NCBI GenBank assembly: GCA_049284575.1 | Contig: JBAPYE010000144.1 | Location: forward strand, 1 to 50,222 | Direction of reading: 5' to 3' | DNA: 50,222 bases | Source of the DNA: Desulfobacterales bacterium | Lineage (GTDB): Bacteria > Desulfobacterota > Desulfobacteria > Desulfobacterales > JAABRJ01 | Part shown: positions 28,244 to 36,427 of the stretch, piece after piece | Numbering within the stretch: the first letter of the stretch is position 1 | Layout: each line of letters starts with the position of its first letter | Made by a program: the position numbers and the translations under genes | The notes under the pieces: model-generated | Database searches by the model: none | Told to the model about the DNA's origin: nothing | Seen by the model: the letters and a program-made list of their open reading frames with translations, nothing else

Positions 28244-31006
28244 TCAGCGCTGGGCGAGGCGGACGATTTTCGGCGAAATGAAAATCAAGAGCTCTTCCTT
28301 CCGGTTCTCTTCAAAATCAGAGCTGAAAAGCCACTCCAGCATTGGAATCTTGTTCAAATAGGGAATACCGGCCTGACTGTTGCGGTTGGTATCCTTGTTG
28401 ACCCCCCCGATGACCACGGTGTCGCCATCATTGACCAGCATTTCGGTGACGGCCTCCTTGGTGTCCAGAAACGGCACCCCCAGGGTGAAACCCGCAACGT
28501 CCTTTTTGAGAACCCGGATTTTCATGACCACCCGGTCGTCATTGGTGATGTGCGGGGTGACGATCAGTTCCAGATTGACCTCCTTGAATTTGACCGTCGT
28601 GCCACCCGACTCCGACTCTTCAAAGTAGGGAATTTCCTGCCCCTGTGCAATCCGGGCTTCCGTGTTGTCGACGGTCACGACTTTGGGCGAGGAAATGATC
28701 CGGAGATCGCCCTGGGTTTCAGACGCGTTCAGTTGGGCATTCAAGGTGAACTGGGAGCCGAAAAGGCGCTGAAAGCTGATGCCGGCGGTCCCCAGGTTGC
28801 CGCCCAAGGCGCCCAGATTGACCGCCGTGTTGTACCCCACCAGACCGCCCAGGCTGTTGCTGTCGGTATTTCCGTCAAAATCCCACTCGATGCCAAGACC
28901 CTTGGAGAATTCCGAGGTGGCCTCCACGATCCGGGCCTCGATGATCACCTGGGGGGTCACGGTGTCCAGTTTTCGGACAATTTCCTTGGCCCGCTTGATA
29001 ACCGTCGGGGCATCGGTGACCACCAGCAGATTGTTGCGGGTGTCCACGGAAATCTTGCCGAAGTGGTCCTTGTTGCGATCATCGACGGCCTTGGTCAGAA
29101 TGACCTCCACGTGGGGTCTGATGGAATCGGCCGCGGTATAGTTTACCGGGATAAAGGCCGTGACATGATCTTCCTGCTTGCGGGACCGCTGCAGGGCGAT
29201 GAGCTTGTCCTGGCGCTTGAGCTCTTCCTTCTCCATGGTCTCGAGGGTTGCAATCCGGATGATATCGCCTTCGTAAACCTGGCCCAGCTGATTCATCTTG
29301 AGGACCAGGTCGAGCACCTGGTCCCAGGGCACCGGGGCTTCGAAGCTCAGGGTCACCTGACCGCTGACATCCTTGTCGATGGCAAAGTTCTTGCCGCTCA
29401 CCTCCCGCAAAATCCGAAAGACATTTTTGATGTCGGTCTCATAAAAATCCAGCGAGATCTTTTCGCCGGTGTAGCGTTTGACCGTTTCGGTGGTGTAGAT
29501 GTCCAGATTGGCCTTGGACCCCTTGGTTTCCAACCGCTGCAGATCATAGGCTTCCGGTCCGCTTTGAGCTTTGGCGTAGGTCACGCCGCGTTCGAGTTCG
29601 TCCCACTTGCCTGCCGACACCGCGGACAGCGCCGCCGTGACTGCGGCGGCCGGGGCGGCCTGCGGCGCAGCCGCCCTGGCGGTTGGGCCATCATCCTGGA
29701 CGTCACCTTCCGTCAGGGCCTTTTGCCAGCCGGGCAGGTTGGCCGATGCGACCGGTTGCGGCGGAATCTTCGATTTTTCAAAACGCAGGGTCAGCAGGTT
29801 ATCCTTTTGCTCGACAAAATACGGGACATTTTCACGCAGTTCGATGGATATCAGGGACCGATCGGTCATCTCCTTGGTCTGAACCGGAACGATCCGATCC
29901 ACGGCGCTTTCAAAGCGCGTCGTGATCAGGGGGCGCTTGCGGTGCCCGGGAAGGCTGGTATTGAAGAGATTCAGATCGAGTTTCTTCTCGCCGTTCTTGG
30001 TGACCTTGTACTGGACGGCCTGGCTGGTTCCAATAATGATGGCGGATCTGCCGTCCGCTTCGCTTGAAAAGTCGATCCGGTTGACCCAGGCCGGCTCACC
30101 GGAGGCCGCCGCACGGGCGACGGCCGGCGCGGCGACGGGTACTGCCGGCGTGGCCGTCACGGGTTTGGCGGGGTCGACCACATGAATCATCAGACCCTTT
30201 TCACTCACCTCGGCGGAAAACCCTTTGAAATACTTCGGGTCGGTGTCGAGAACGACCCGCGTGCGATCCGGATAGCCCGCCACCCGAACCTGGCTGATCA
30301 ACGGGGATTTGACCGTAAAGTTTTGCTCTTTATTGCCCGCGAGCTTGACTTTGGGCAGATCAAAAACCATTCGCGGCGGGGTTTCAATTGAAAATGTCTT
30401 GTAATCGTTGACCGGCCCGTCAGCGCGGATCAGCAGATCGACGCGATCGTTTTGGGGCACGATTTCGATCTGTTCAAATCGTGTGGCCGCCTGGGCCGCC
30501 CCCGAAACGGCCGCCTGGGTCCCCGCCCGCACGGGGGCCGGGGCTTCAGCGGTCTTGCTGAACACAAGGTAAAGGTTCCGGTCGTCGGCGGTGACATCAT
30601 AGCGCACATCTTTCTTCAACAGAATTTCGACGCGCGCCGGCGTGCCGCCGACCTCTTTTCCCGCAACTTTGATATCCGAAATGACGTCATTGGGGATTGG
30701 CGTCAGAAGGGGACCCACCGGATCCATCCCGGTTTCCGGAAAGTAAAGAACCACAGCCAGCGGTTTCGGCTGCTTGATGGCGGTATAGGCCAGCTTCTGA
30801 TCGGCCGCCAATCTTACCGTAACCGTCTCGGCATCCTGGCTGGTGGTGATTTTGGAAATCCGCTGCTTGGCGGATGGGGTTGCCAACTCGCCCCCGGGGC
30901 CGTTGTTCGCCGTTTGGGTGGCGCATCCGCAAAAAGCCACCGCCAGAATTGCCACACAGAGTCTCAGCGCTCGTTTCGAAAAGATGTTTGCCATTGGGTA
31001 GTTCAT
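28244..31006 (-). CDS. pilQ: Type IV pilus secretin PilQ (long form with N-terminal AMIN-type repeats)
   Basis: 920 aa. The C-terminal secretin domain reads ...VIIEARIVEATSEFSKGLGIEW...ISSPKVVTVDNTEARIAQGQEIPY...GGVNKDTNRNSQAGIPYLNKIPMLEWLF. It lies downstream of pilMNOP. Confidence 0.92.
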   Translation of the reverse strand: MNYPMANIFSKRALRLCVAILAVAFCGCATQTANNGPGGELATPSAKQRISKITTSQDAETVTVRLAADQKLAYTAIKQPKPLAVVLYFPETGMDPVGPLLTPIPNDVISDIKVAGKEVGGTPARVEILLKKDVRYDVTADDRNLYLVFSKTAEAPAPVRAGTQAAVSGAAQAATRFEQIEIVPQNDRVDLLIRADGPVNDYKTFSIETPPRMVFDLPKVKLAGNKEQNFTVKSPLISQVRVAGYPDRTRVVLDTDPKYFKGFSAEVSEKGLMIHVVDPAKPVTATPAVPVAAPAVARAAASGEPAWVNRIDFSSEADGRSAIIIGTSQAVQYKVTKNGEKKLDLNLFNTSLPGHRKRPLITTRFESAVDRIVPVQTKEMTDRSLISIELRENVPYFVEQKDNLLTLRFEKSKIPPQPVASANLPGWQKALTEGDVQDDGPTARAAAPQAAPAAAVTAALSAVSAGKWDELERGVTYAKAQSGPEAYDLQRLETKGSKANLDIYTTETVKRYTGEKISLDFYETDIKNVFRILREVSGKNFAIDKDVSGQVTLSFEAPVPWDQVLDLVLKMNQLGQVYEGDIIRIATLETMEKEELKRQDKLIALQRSRKQEDHVTAFIPVNYTAADSIRPHVEVILTKAVDDRNKDHFGKISVDTRNNLLVVTDAPTVIKRAKEIVRKLDTVTPQVIIEARIVEATSEFSKGLGIEWDFDGNTDSNSLGGLVGYNTAVNLGALGGNLGTAGISFQRLFGSQFTLNAQLNASETQGDLRIISSPKVVTVDNTEARIAQGQEIPYFEESESGGTTVKFKEVNLELIVTPHITNDDRVVMKIRVLKKDVAGFTLGVPFLDTKEAVTEMLVNDGDTVVIGGVNKDTNRNSQAGIPYLNKIPMLEWLFSSDFEENRKEELLIFISPKIVRLAQR

Positions 31007-31010
31007 GTTG

Positions 31011-31766
31011 TCATTCTCCAGCAGGTTTCTGAAGTTTTAGTTCTTTGGGGTCAACAAAAAAGGCTTTACCGTCTATATTGCTGACAAGCGCCTCGAACTT
31101 CTTTCCATCAACATTGGCGAATTTTTTGCCCTCGGCTTCAAAGATCGAGAAATTTTTGCCCTCCACGTCGTAAATGGACTTTTCGTCGACCTCATGCACC
31201 GGCAACAGGGGTTCGTAGACGATGATGCTGTCTTTGAGGATCTCTTCCAGGCGCCCGCCGCGAGACCCCAGATAGACCCCCTTTTTAATGACGTACCCCT
31301 TTCCGTTGGACTCCTCGACGAGGGCCTTGTTGCCGCTTTCCGCACGCAGAATGCCCACTAGTTTGAGCTGGCTGAGATCCACCATTTCCAGGGGTGTCAA
31401 GGGAATCCGTTGCTGCGCCCGCTGGGTCTTGACCGCCAGGGAGCCGGAGGCCGCCACCGGTTCTTCCCTAAAAAGCGGCGCGAAAGGGTCGGTTTTGCCT
31501 TCCGGATTGTATAGCGCGGCAGTTTCCAGGGTGTTGATTTCCAGGCTGTCTGCTTTTTCGGTCGCGGGGGTCTCGTCTCTGCCGACCGTCCCGGCTTGGG
31601 TCTTTTTGACTTCTGCCGACCGGTCGTCGGTCTGGGCCACAACGATCTTCTTTTTTATAACTTCCGGGTTGCGAGCCGTTTTGGACTGTTTGTCACAGCC
31701 CGTGAGGATTGCAAACGAAAGGACGAAACAGGCGGCGGTCACTTTAAGGGCGTGTCTTTTATCCAT
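31011..31766 (-). CDS. pilP: Pilus assembly lipoprotein PilP with C-terminal repeat extension
   Basis: 251 aa with lipobox ILTGC|D. The PilP core is DPFAPL...LSQLKLVGILRAESGNKALVEESNGKGYVIKKGVYLG. The tail carries about 4 copies of (D/E)GK-x-F. Confidence 0.85.
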   Translation of the reverse strand: MDKRHALKVTAACFVLSFAILTGCDKQSKTARNPEVIKKKIVVAQTDDRSAEVKKTQAGTVGRDETPATEKADSLEINTLETAALYNPEGKTDPFAPLFREEPVAASGSLAVKTQRAQQRIPLTPLEMVDLSQLKLVGILRAESGNKALVEESNGKGYVIKKGVYLGSRGGRLEEILKDSIIVYEPLLPVHEVDEKSIYDVEGKNFSIFEAEGKKFANVDGKKFEALVSNIDGKAFFVDPKELKLQKPAGE

Positions 31767-31769
31767 GGC

Positions 31770-32465
31770 TTATTTCTTCTTTTCGGATTTTTTAGACGTG
31801 GTGGCGTTTTTGTCCGGTTGCTCGGGTGCCTTTTCAACGAACTTATAGGTGACAGCGGTGCATTTTGTGCTCAGAGTATTCGCGGCGACTGTCTGCGAAC
31901 CGCTCTGTGAGGATTTCCTGGCCGTTTTGTTTTCGGAAACCGGGGTCATCTCGATATCCTTGATGTCCACGATCCTGGAAAGACGCGATACCCGATCGAA
32001 GAAGGACGCCACATCGTGGTATTCACCGGTCACATTGATGGAGACCGGAATTTCGGCGTAAAAGTCCTTGACAACTTCCGGATTGGGCTGGAAGAGGACA
32101 AACTCCAACCCCGAATCCTGGCCGGACTGGGAGACGCCTGCCAGCAGGGAAGGAATATCCTCCTTTTCCGGAAGGGCTTTTTTAACCACCTGGAAGCGGG
32201 CTTCGGCTTCGCGCTTCTCCGCCCGAAATTTTTCCAGGTTGGCCGCCTTCTGTTGGGCCGCGGCCAGCTTTTGCTGAAGAAGGGTGTACTCCTTTTTCTG
32301 AACGTTCAAGGTCTTCAGCTTTGGGTAGTAGGAAAAGTAAGTGAAGCCGCCGACAAGAACCGCGATGGTTCCGCAGAAAATGAGAATCCGGTGAAGCTTC
32401 GATACGTTTTCAAATTTTCCGAAAACCGGATCCAGAATTTGAATGGGATTGTGTGACTTTTTCAT
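31770..32465 (-). CDS. pilO: Pilus assembly protein PilO
   Basis: 231 aa with one TM and a coiled coil, then ...IPSLLAGVSQSGQDSGLEFVLFQP...IPVSINVTGEYHDVASFFDRVSRLSRIV. Confidence 0.88.
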   Translation of the reverse strand: MKKSHNPIQILDPVFGKFENVSKLHRILIFCGTIAVLVGGFTYFSYYPKLKTLNVQKKEYTLLQQKLAAAQQKAANLEKFRAEKREAEARFQVVKKALPEKEDIPSLLAGVSQSGQDSGLEFVLFQPNPEVVKDFYAEIPVSINVTGEYHDVASFFDRVSRLSRIVDIKDIEMTPVSENKTARKSSQSGSQTVAANTLSTKCTAVTYKFVEKAPEQPDKNATTSKKSEKKK

Positions 32466-33043
32466 TGTTTTTTGGCCTCGCTCGTCACCGTGTTTTCTGC
32501 CATCGCTTTGTTGCAGGTGATGATAAAACTCTTCAGATTCATTTCTTCCCTGATGGGCTTCTGATTGAGCGTCGACAGGCTTACGCTGGCAAACAGTTTG
32601 GATTTTTCCAGCTGGGTCATGAAATCCGCAACGGTGCGGTTGTCGAGGGCGACGCCCTTGATGTTGACCCCATCACCCTTGGCCTCGAGGTTGGTGAGCC
32701 ACATACGCTTGGGTATGACCAACTGGGTCAGGCTATCCAAGAGCAGAACCGGCCCTTTGCGATTGGATTTGAGGTTGGTGATCACGTCGATCTTTTTTCT
32801 GAGGACTTCCTGATCTTTTTGTATCTGGTCGACTTCTTTGGCTTGGACATCGAATTGCGCCAGGACAGTTTTGGTGTCTTGGATCTGAGTCGACATCTTG
32901 CGGACCTTGCTGCCGAATGTGAAATTCAAGTACCCAAGCAGAATGACGCCCAAAAAAATCGAAAGCATGAAAATAGACGCCTGCTTGCGAACATTTTCCT
33001 TTTTTCGCGCCGCCCGAAATGGCAGTAGATTGATTCGTATCAT
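32462..33043 (-). CDS. pilN: Pilus assembly protein PilN
   Basis: 193 aa: MIRINLLPFRAARKKENVRKQ, then a TM segment. It has 4-nt overlaps with both pilM and pilO. Confidence 0.9.
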   Translation of the reverse strand: MIRINLLPFRAARKKENVRKQASIFMLSIFLGVILLGYLNFTFGSKVRKMSTQIQDTKTVLAQFDVQAKEVDQIQKDQEVLRKKIDVITNLKSNRKGPVLLLDSLTQLVIPKRMWLTNLEAKGDGVNIKGVALDNRTVADFMTQLEKSKLFASVSLSTLNQKPIREEMNLKSFIITCNKAMAENTVTSEAKKQ

Positions 33044-34095
33044 TTGTCATTTACTCTTCTGTTAGCTAATCCCATGCAAATGGCTGCCTGGGGACCGATT
33101 TTTTCCAAATATGCCGGATCGAACTTTTCGTCGTCGACGTAATACCCGGCAAAAGGGTTGATCGCCACAACATCCGCTGAGGTTTCCACCGCCAGAAGAT
33201 CCCTGAATTCGGCGATATTGGCCCCGCCGCCGCTCAGAACGATCCGCTTGACCTGATCGTCGGGGTAGGTGGAATAGAAAAAATCAAGCGCTCTTCGAAT
33301 TTCAGTGCACCAATCGGTAACAATGGTAGCGGTGATGTCCCGCAGACCCTCGGGTGAGATGCCCTCGGGCTGATCGCTGAGCTTGATCTGTTCGGCTTCT
33401 TCAAACGAACACCCCAAAAGGGACGTTATCTTTTGATTGATCTGGGAGCACCCAAGGGAAACATCCCGCATGAAAACCGAGGTTTTGGCTTTCAGGATAT
33501 TCAGCGAGGTTTTGCTGGCGCCAATATCGATCAACGCCACATTGTCGCCATCATCCCGGTGATTGATTTCAAAAATGTTTTGCAGCGCAAAAGCATCGAT
33601 GTCGATCGTGCAAGGGTTCAGCCCGGCCATTTGAACCAGTTGCACGTAGTCGTTGATCATTTCTTTCTTGGCGGCGACCAGCATCACGGCCATCTGGCTT
33701 GTGTTGTGTTCACTTTCTCCGAGAATCTGAAAATCGAGATTGACATCACTGATATCAAAGGGAATATACTGTTCAGCCTCGACATGAATCGTCTCTTGGA
33801 GCTTTTCTTCCGCCATCGCGGGAACAAATATTTTTTTGACGATAACGGAATAGCCCCCGATGGAAATCGCGACATTCTGCTCGCTGATATTGTACAGCTT
33901 GAAAAGCTCCCGAATACTGTCCGCAACGGCTTTGGGGTCCCGCACGAGGCCTTCCTCAATGGCTCCCGGGGCAAGGTCTATCAGCCCGAACTTCTTTAGG
34001 CTGGGGCCTTTTTTGGTTTCCGCCAACTCGGCTACCTTGATGGATCTCGAGCCGATGTCCAGGCCGACAAGCTTGTCTTTTTTTCCGAAAAACAT
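33040..34095 (-). CDS. pilM: Pilus assembly ATPase-like protein PilM (actin/FtsA fold)
   Basis: 351 aa: KLVGLDIGSRSIKVAEL...ALIDIGASKTSLNI...VLSGGGANI. Confidence 0.92.
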   Translation of the reverse strand: MFFGKKDKLVGLDIGSRSIKVAELAETKKGPSLKKFGLIDLAPGAIEEGLVRDPKAVADSIRELFKLYNISEQNVAISIGGYSVIVKKIFVPAMAEEKLQETIHVEAEQYIPFDISDVNLDFQILGESEHNTSQMAVMLVAAKKEMINDYVQLVQMAGLNPCTIDIDAFALQNIFEINHRDDGDNVALIDIGASKTSLNILKAKTSVFMRDVSLGCSQINQKITSLLGCSFEEAEQIKLSDQPEGISPEGLRDITATIVTDWCTEIRRALDFFYSTYPDDQVKRIVLSGGGANIAEFRDLLAVETSADVVAINPFAGYYVDDEKFDPAYLEKIGPQAAICMGLANRRVNDK

Positions 34096-34106
34096 GGTAT
34101 TCTCTT

Positions 34107-34328
34107 TTAATCGTTAAAAATTTTGTCTTTGTCTTTGAGTTTGAACCCCAGCGCCAGGATGATCTTTCGCTTGGTTTCCATTCTACAGGCCATACCTTTT
34201 TCTATACGGCTTATGGTGATCGGCGAAACATGGGCGCTTCTGGCGAGTTCGGACTTACTCATCAAGAGGGATTCGCGGATTTCCTTAAGGGAATTTTTGC
34301 CCACTTCGAGGTTTCCTGTTGCTTGCAT
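34107..34328 (-). CDS. Small XRE-family helix-turn-helix protein, first gene of the pilMNOPQ string
   Basis: 73 aa: LKEIRESLLMSKSELARSAHVSPITISRIEKGMACRMETKRKIILALG, a classic HTH_XRE. Its stop is 11 nt before the pilM ATG. Confidence 0.75.
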   Translation of the reverse strand: MQATGNLEVGKNSLKEIRESLLMSKSELARSAHVSPITISRIEKGMACRMETKRKIILALGFKLKDKDKIFND

Positions 34329-34754
34329 TCTTGGCGTTCCAGGGAATGAATCGATTGAAAACGCCTCCCATTCCGAGGCTGAAAGGAAAACGTTAAGCTC
34401 CTAAAAGCACCATTGTCTGCCGTTGCCGTTACCCTTCAAATCGCGACGAAATTTACCGGATTCCGTCTGGTACTAAGGTTATCGGAGATGGCTATCCCAA
34501 ACTTTAACATAACTTTCCCAGCTAGTTAGCACCCGAGGCGACAATCGCGTGACGCTACATATGGCCCTGAAGATGGTTTCGCCGCACCATATGATGTGTC
34601 GCAGCCCTTGCTTGGGACCGATAACGCACACGCTTGGGAAGATGGATTTTCACCAGCTTGCGGCGCCACCGCCCGCCGCTGCCGTTGCGCCGCGCCAAGC
34701 CAAAGCCGCGCGTGGGCGCACGGGATCGGGTCAGGCCCCAAAAATCACTTGCGT

Positions 34755-34784
34755 TTGACTATCAAAAGCCTTTAGACATAAATA
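34755..34784 (+). promoter_or_regulatory. Candidate sigma70 promoter for the kinase/regulator operon
   Basis: TTGACT (34755-34760), 18 nt, then TAAATA (34779-34784), about 95 nt upstream of the ATG at 34880. Confidence 0.3.
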
Positions 34785-34826
34785 ATGCCGCCAGATGACT
34801 GCGGATGTGGCATTGTTTTTTTTCGG
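34784..34826 (+). terminator. Hairpin plus T8 tract (terminator- or attenuator-like) upstream of the histidine kinase gene
   Basis: AATGCC-(gccagatgactgcggatgt)-GGCATT, followed by GTTTTTTTTC (T8 at 34815-34822). An inner CCGC/GCGG pairing is possible. The stem is modest; the T8 tract is the strongest element. Confidence 0.4.
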
Positions 34827-34879
34827 GGCCCTCACATGAGAGTCCTTAAGACGGAATTCGAACACGGAATTGAAAGGTT

Positions 34880-36298
34880 ATGAAATTCCCGCCCACTGAG
34901 GAAAAAACCAAACCCTTCAGGCTAGTCAAATATTTCACTTTTTCCAGCCTGATCGCCATATTCCTGGGAACCCTGGTCTTAGCGGCCCTGAACACCCACT
35001 GGGCACGCGCCAATCAGCGCCAAAAAAGCGAGGACTATGCCCTTGCGCTGGTGGAAAACCTCAACCATCAAGTCTTTTTGCAATTTGTGATTCCGGTGGC
35101 CCTCAAATACGGCAAAATCCAACTGCGAAACCCCGAGCAGTTTGATCGCATGGACAAGGTGGTTCGCAGCACCTTTCACAGTTTCAAGGTGGAAAGCGTT
35201 AATATTTTTGACAAAAACAATACTGTCTCCTATAGTTATGACAAGGATTTGATCGGCAAGCAGGATCTGGGGGGACCGGAATACCGCTACGCACTGGAGG
35301 GCCGTCCCACTTCCCGGCTGGTTCAACGAGGGAATTTTCTGGAAATTTTTCTTGGGGTTCCCAAAGAGAGCAAAATTATCACGTTTGCCGCCCTGCGGGC
35401 CGAAAAACCGCTGTCTAGAATTTCGGGACCAGTTCTGGGGGTTGTTGAAATCGTCCAGGACCTTTCCGACGAATACCGGACTTTTTTCAGGTTTCAGCTG
35501 GTCGTTATTCTTTCCTCCACAGCGGTCATGGGCGTTCTCTTTCTCTCCCTTCTTTTTGTCGTCAAGCGGGGCGAGGCTATCATCGAAAGCCGATCCCAGG
35601 AGCGCCTGCGCCTCAAGGAGGAATTGAGCCGGGCGGAGCACCTGTCATCACTGGGCAAATTGACGGCGGGCATTTCCCACGAAATTCGGAATCCTCTGGG
35701 GATAATTCGGAGCTCGGCCGAACACCTGCAGAAAAAAATGGCGCAGCTCGATCCGGAAAACCAAATCCCGCAAATCATCGTCGAAGAGGCCGGTCGATTA
35801 AACGATATCATCACCGACTTTCTCAATTATGCCAGGCCCAAGGAGCCGAAGCGGGTGGCGTGTCGGGTGGAGGAAATTATCGAGAAAAACTTGGCGTTTC
35901 TGGAAGCGCAGCTCAAAGAGAAGGGCTGTGTGGTGGAAAGGCACATAGACCGGCGTCTGCCCGCTATCCTGGCAGACGCCGACATGCTCTATCAGGCTTT
36001 TCTCAACATCCTGATCAACGCCATGCAGGCAATGCCGGATGGCGGCAGGCTGCAGGTGATAATCGAAATGGGCAACCGGCAGGCGCTGATCCATTTCGAC
36101 GACAACGGCACGGGCATCCCGGAGGAAGTCAAGGAAAAGATCTGGAACCCGTTTTTCACCACCAAGGAAATGGGTACGGGTCTGGGGTTGGGGATCGTCA
36201 AGAACATCGTCGAATCTCACGACGGCAAAGTCTGGATCGCAAATCGTCCGAAGGGCGGCACCCGGGTCACGGTCGCCCTGCCCCTGTTGCCTGAATGA
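34880..36298 (+). CDS. Sensor histidine kinase with a periplasmic sensor domain between two TMs (HisKA + HATPase_c)
   Basis: 472 aa. TM1 is [20 protein letters not shown], followed by a ~170-aa extracytoplasmic segment and TM2. The H-box is [19 protein letters not shown]; the N/G boxes are [16 protein letters not shown] and GTGLGLGI. Confidence 0.9.
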   Translation: MKFPPTEEKTKPFRLVKYFTFSSLIAIFLGTLVLAALNTHWARANQRQKSEDYALALVENLNHQVFLQFVIPVALKYGKIQLRNPEQFDRMDKVVRSTFHSFKVESVNIFDKNNTVSYSYDKDLIGKQDLGGPEYRYALEGRPTSRLVQRGNFLEIFLGVPKESKIITFAALRAEKPLSRISGPVLGVVEIVQDLSDEYRTFFRFQLVVILSSTAVMGVLFLSLLFVVKRGEAIIESRSQERLRLKEELSRAEHLSSLGKLTAGISHEIRNPLGIIRSSAEHLQKKMAQLDPENQIPQIIVEEAGRLNDIITDFLNYARPKEPKRVACRVEEIIEKNLAFLEAQLKEKGCVVERHIDRRLPAILADADMLYQAFLNILINAMQAMPDGGRLQVIIEMGNRQALIHFDDNGTGIPEEVKEKIWNPFFTTKEMGTGLGLGIVKNIVESHDGKVWIANRPKGGTRVTVALPLLPE

Positions 36299-36427
36299 AA
36301 CCGTCCCCAAAAGAGGCCGGTGCCCTTGGATCGGCTGTGCGGGCCGGCGTCTGACAACGCGACGATAGCGGCCAAGGCCCACAGCTGGTAATGCCCCAAA
36401 AACCAATCAAGAGCGTTTGATCTTCTG

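Noticed and set aside
28199-30067. 622-aa + strand ORF
   Set aside because: It is antisense to pilQ. The secretin domain is unambiguous on the - strand.
34526-34758. Overlapping 71-aa (-) and 69-aa (+) ORFs; the + ORF has a Met/His/Cys-rich N-terminus (MTLHMALKMVSPHHMMCRSPC) reminiscent of metal-binding motifs
   Set aside because: The two are mutually antisense and have poor start context. The C-terminal half is Ala/Pro/Arg low-complexity sequence arising from a GC-rich hairpin region. There is no signal peptide, which a periplasmic Cu-binding protein would need. I keep it only as an alternative in the sRNA finding.
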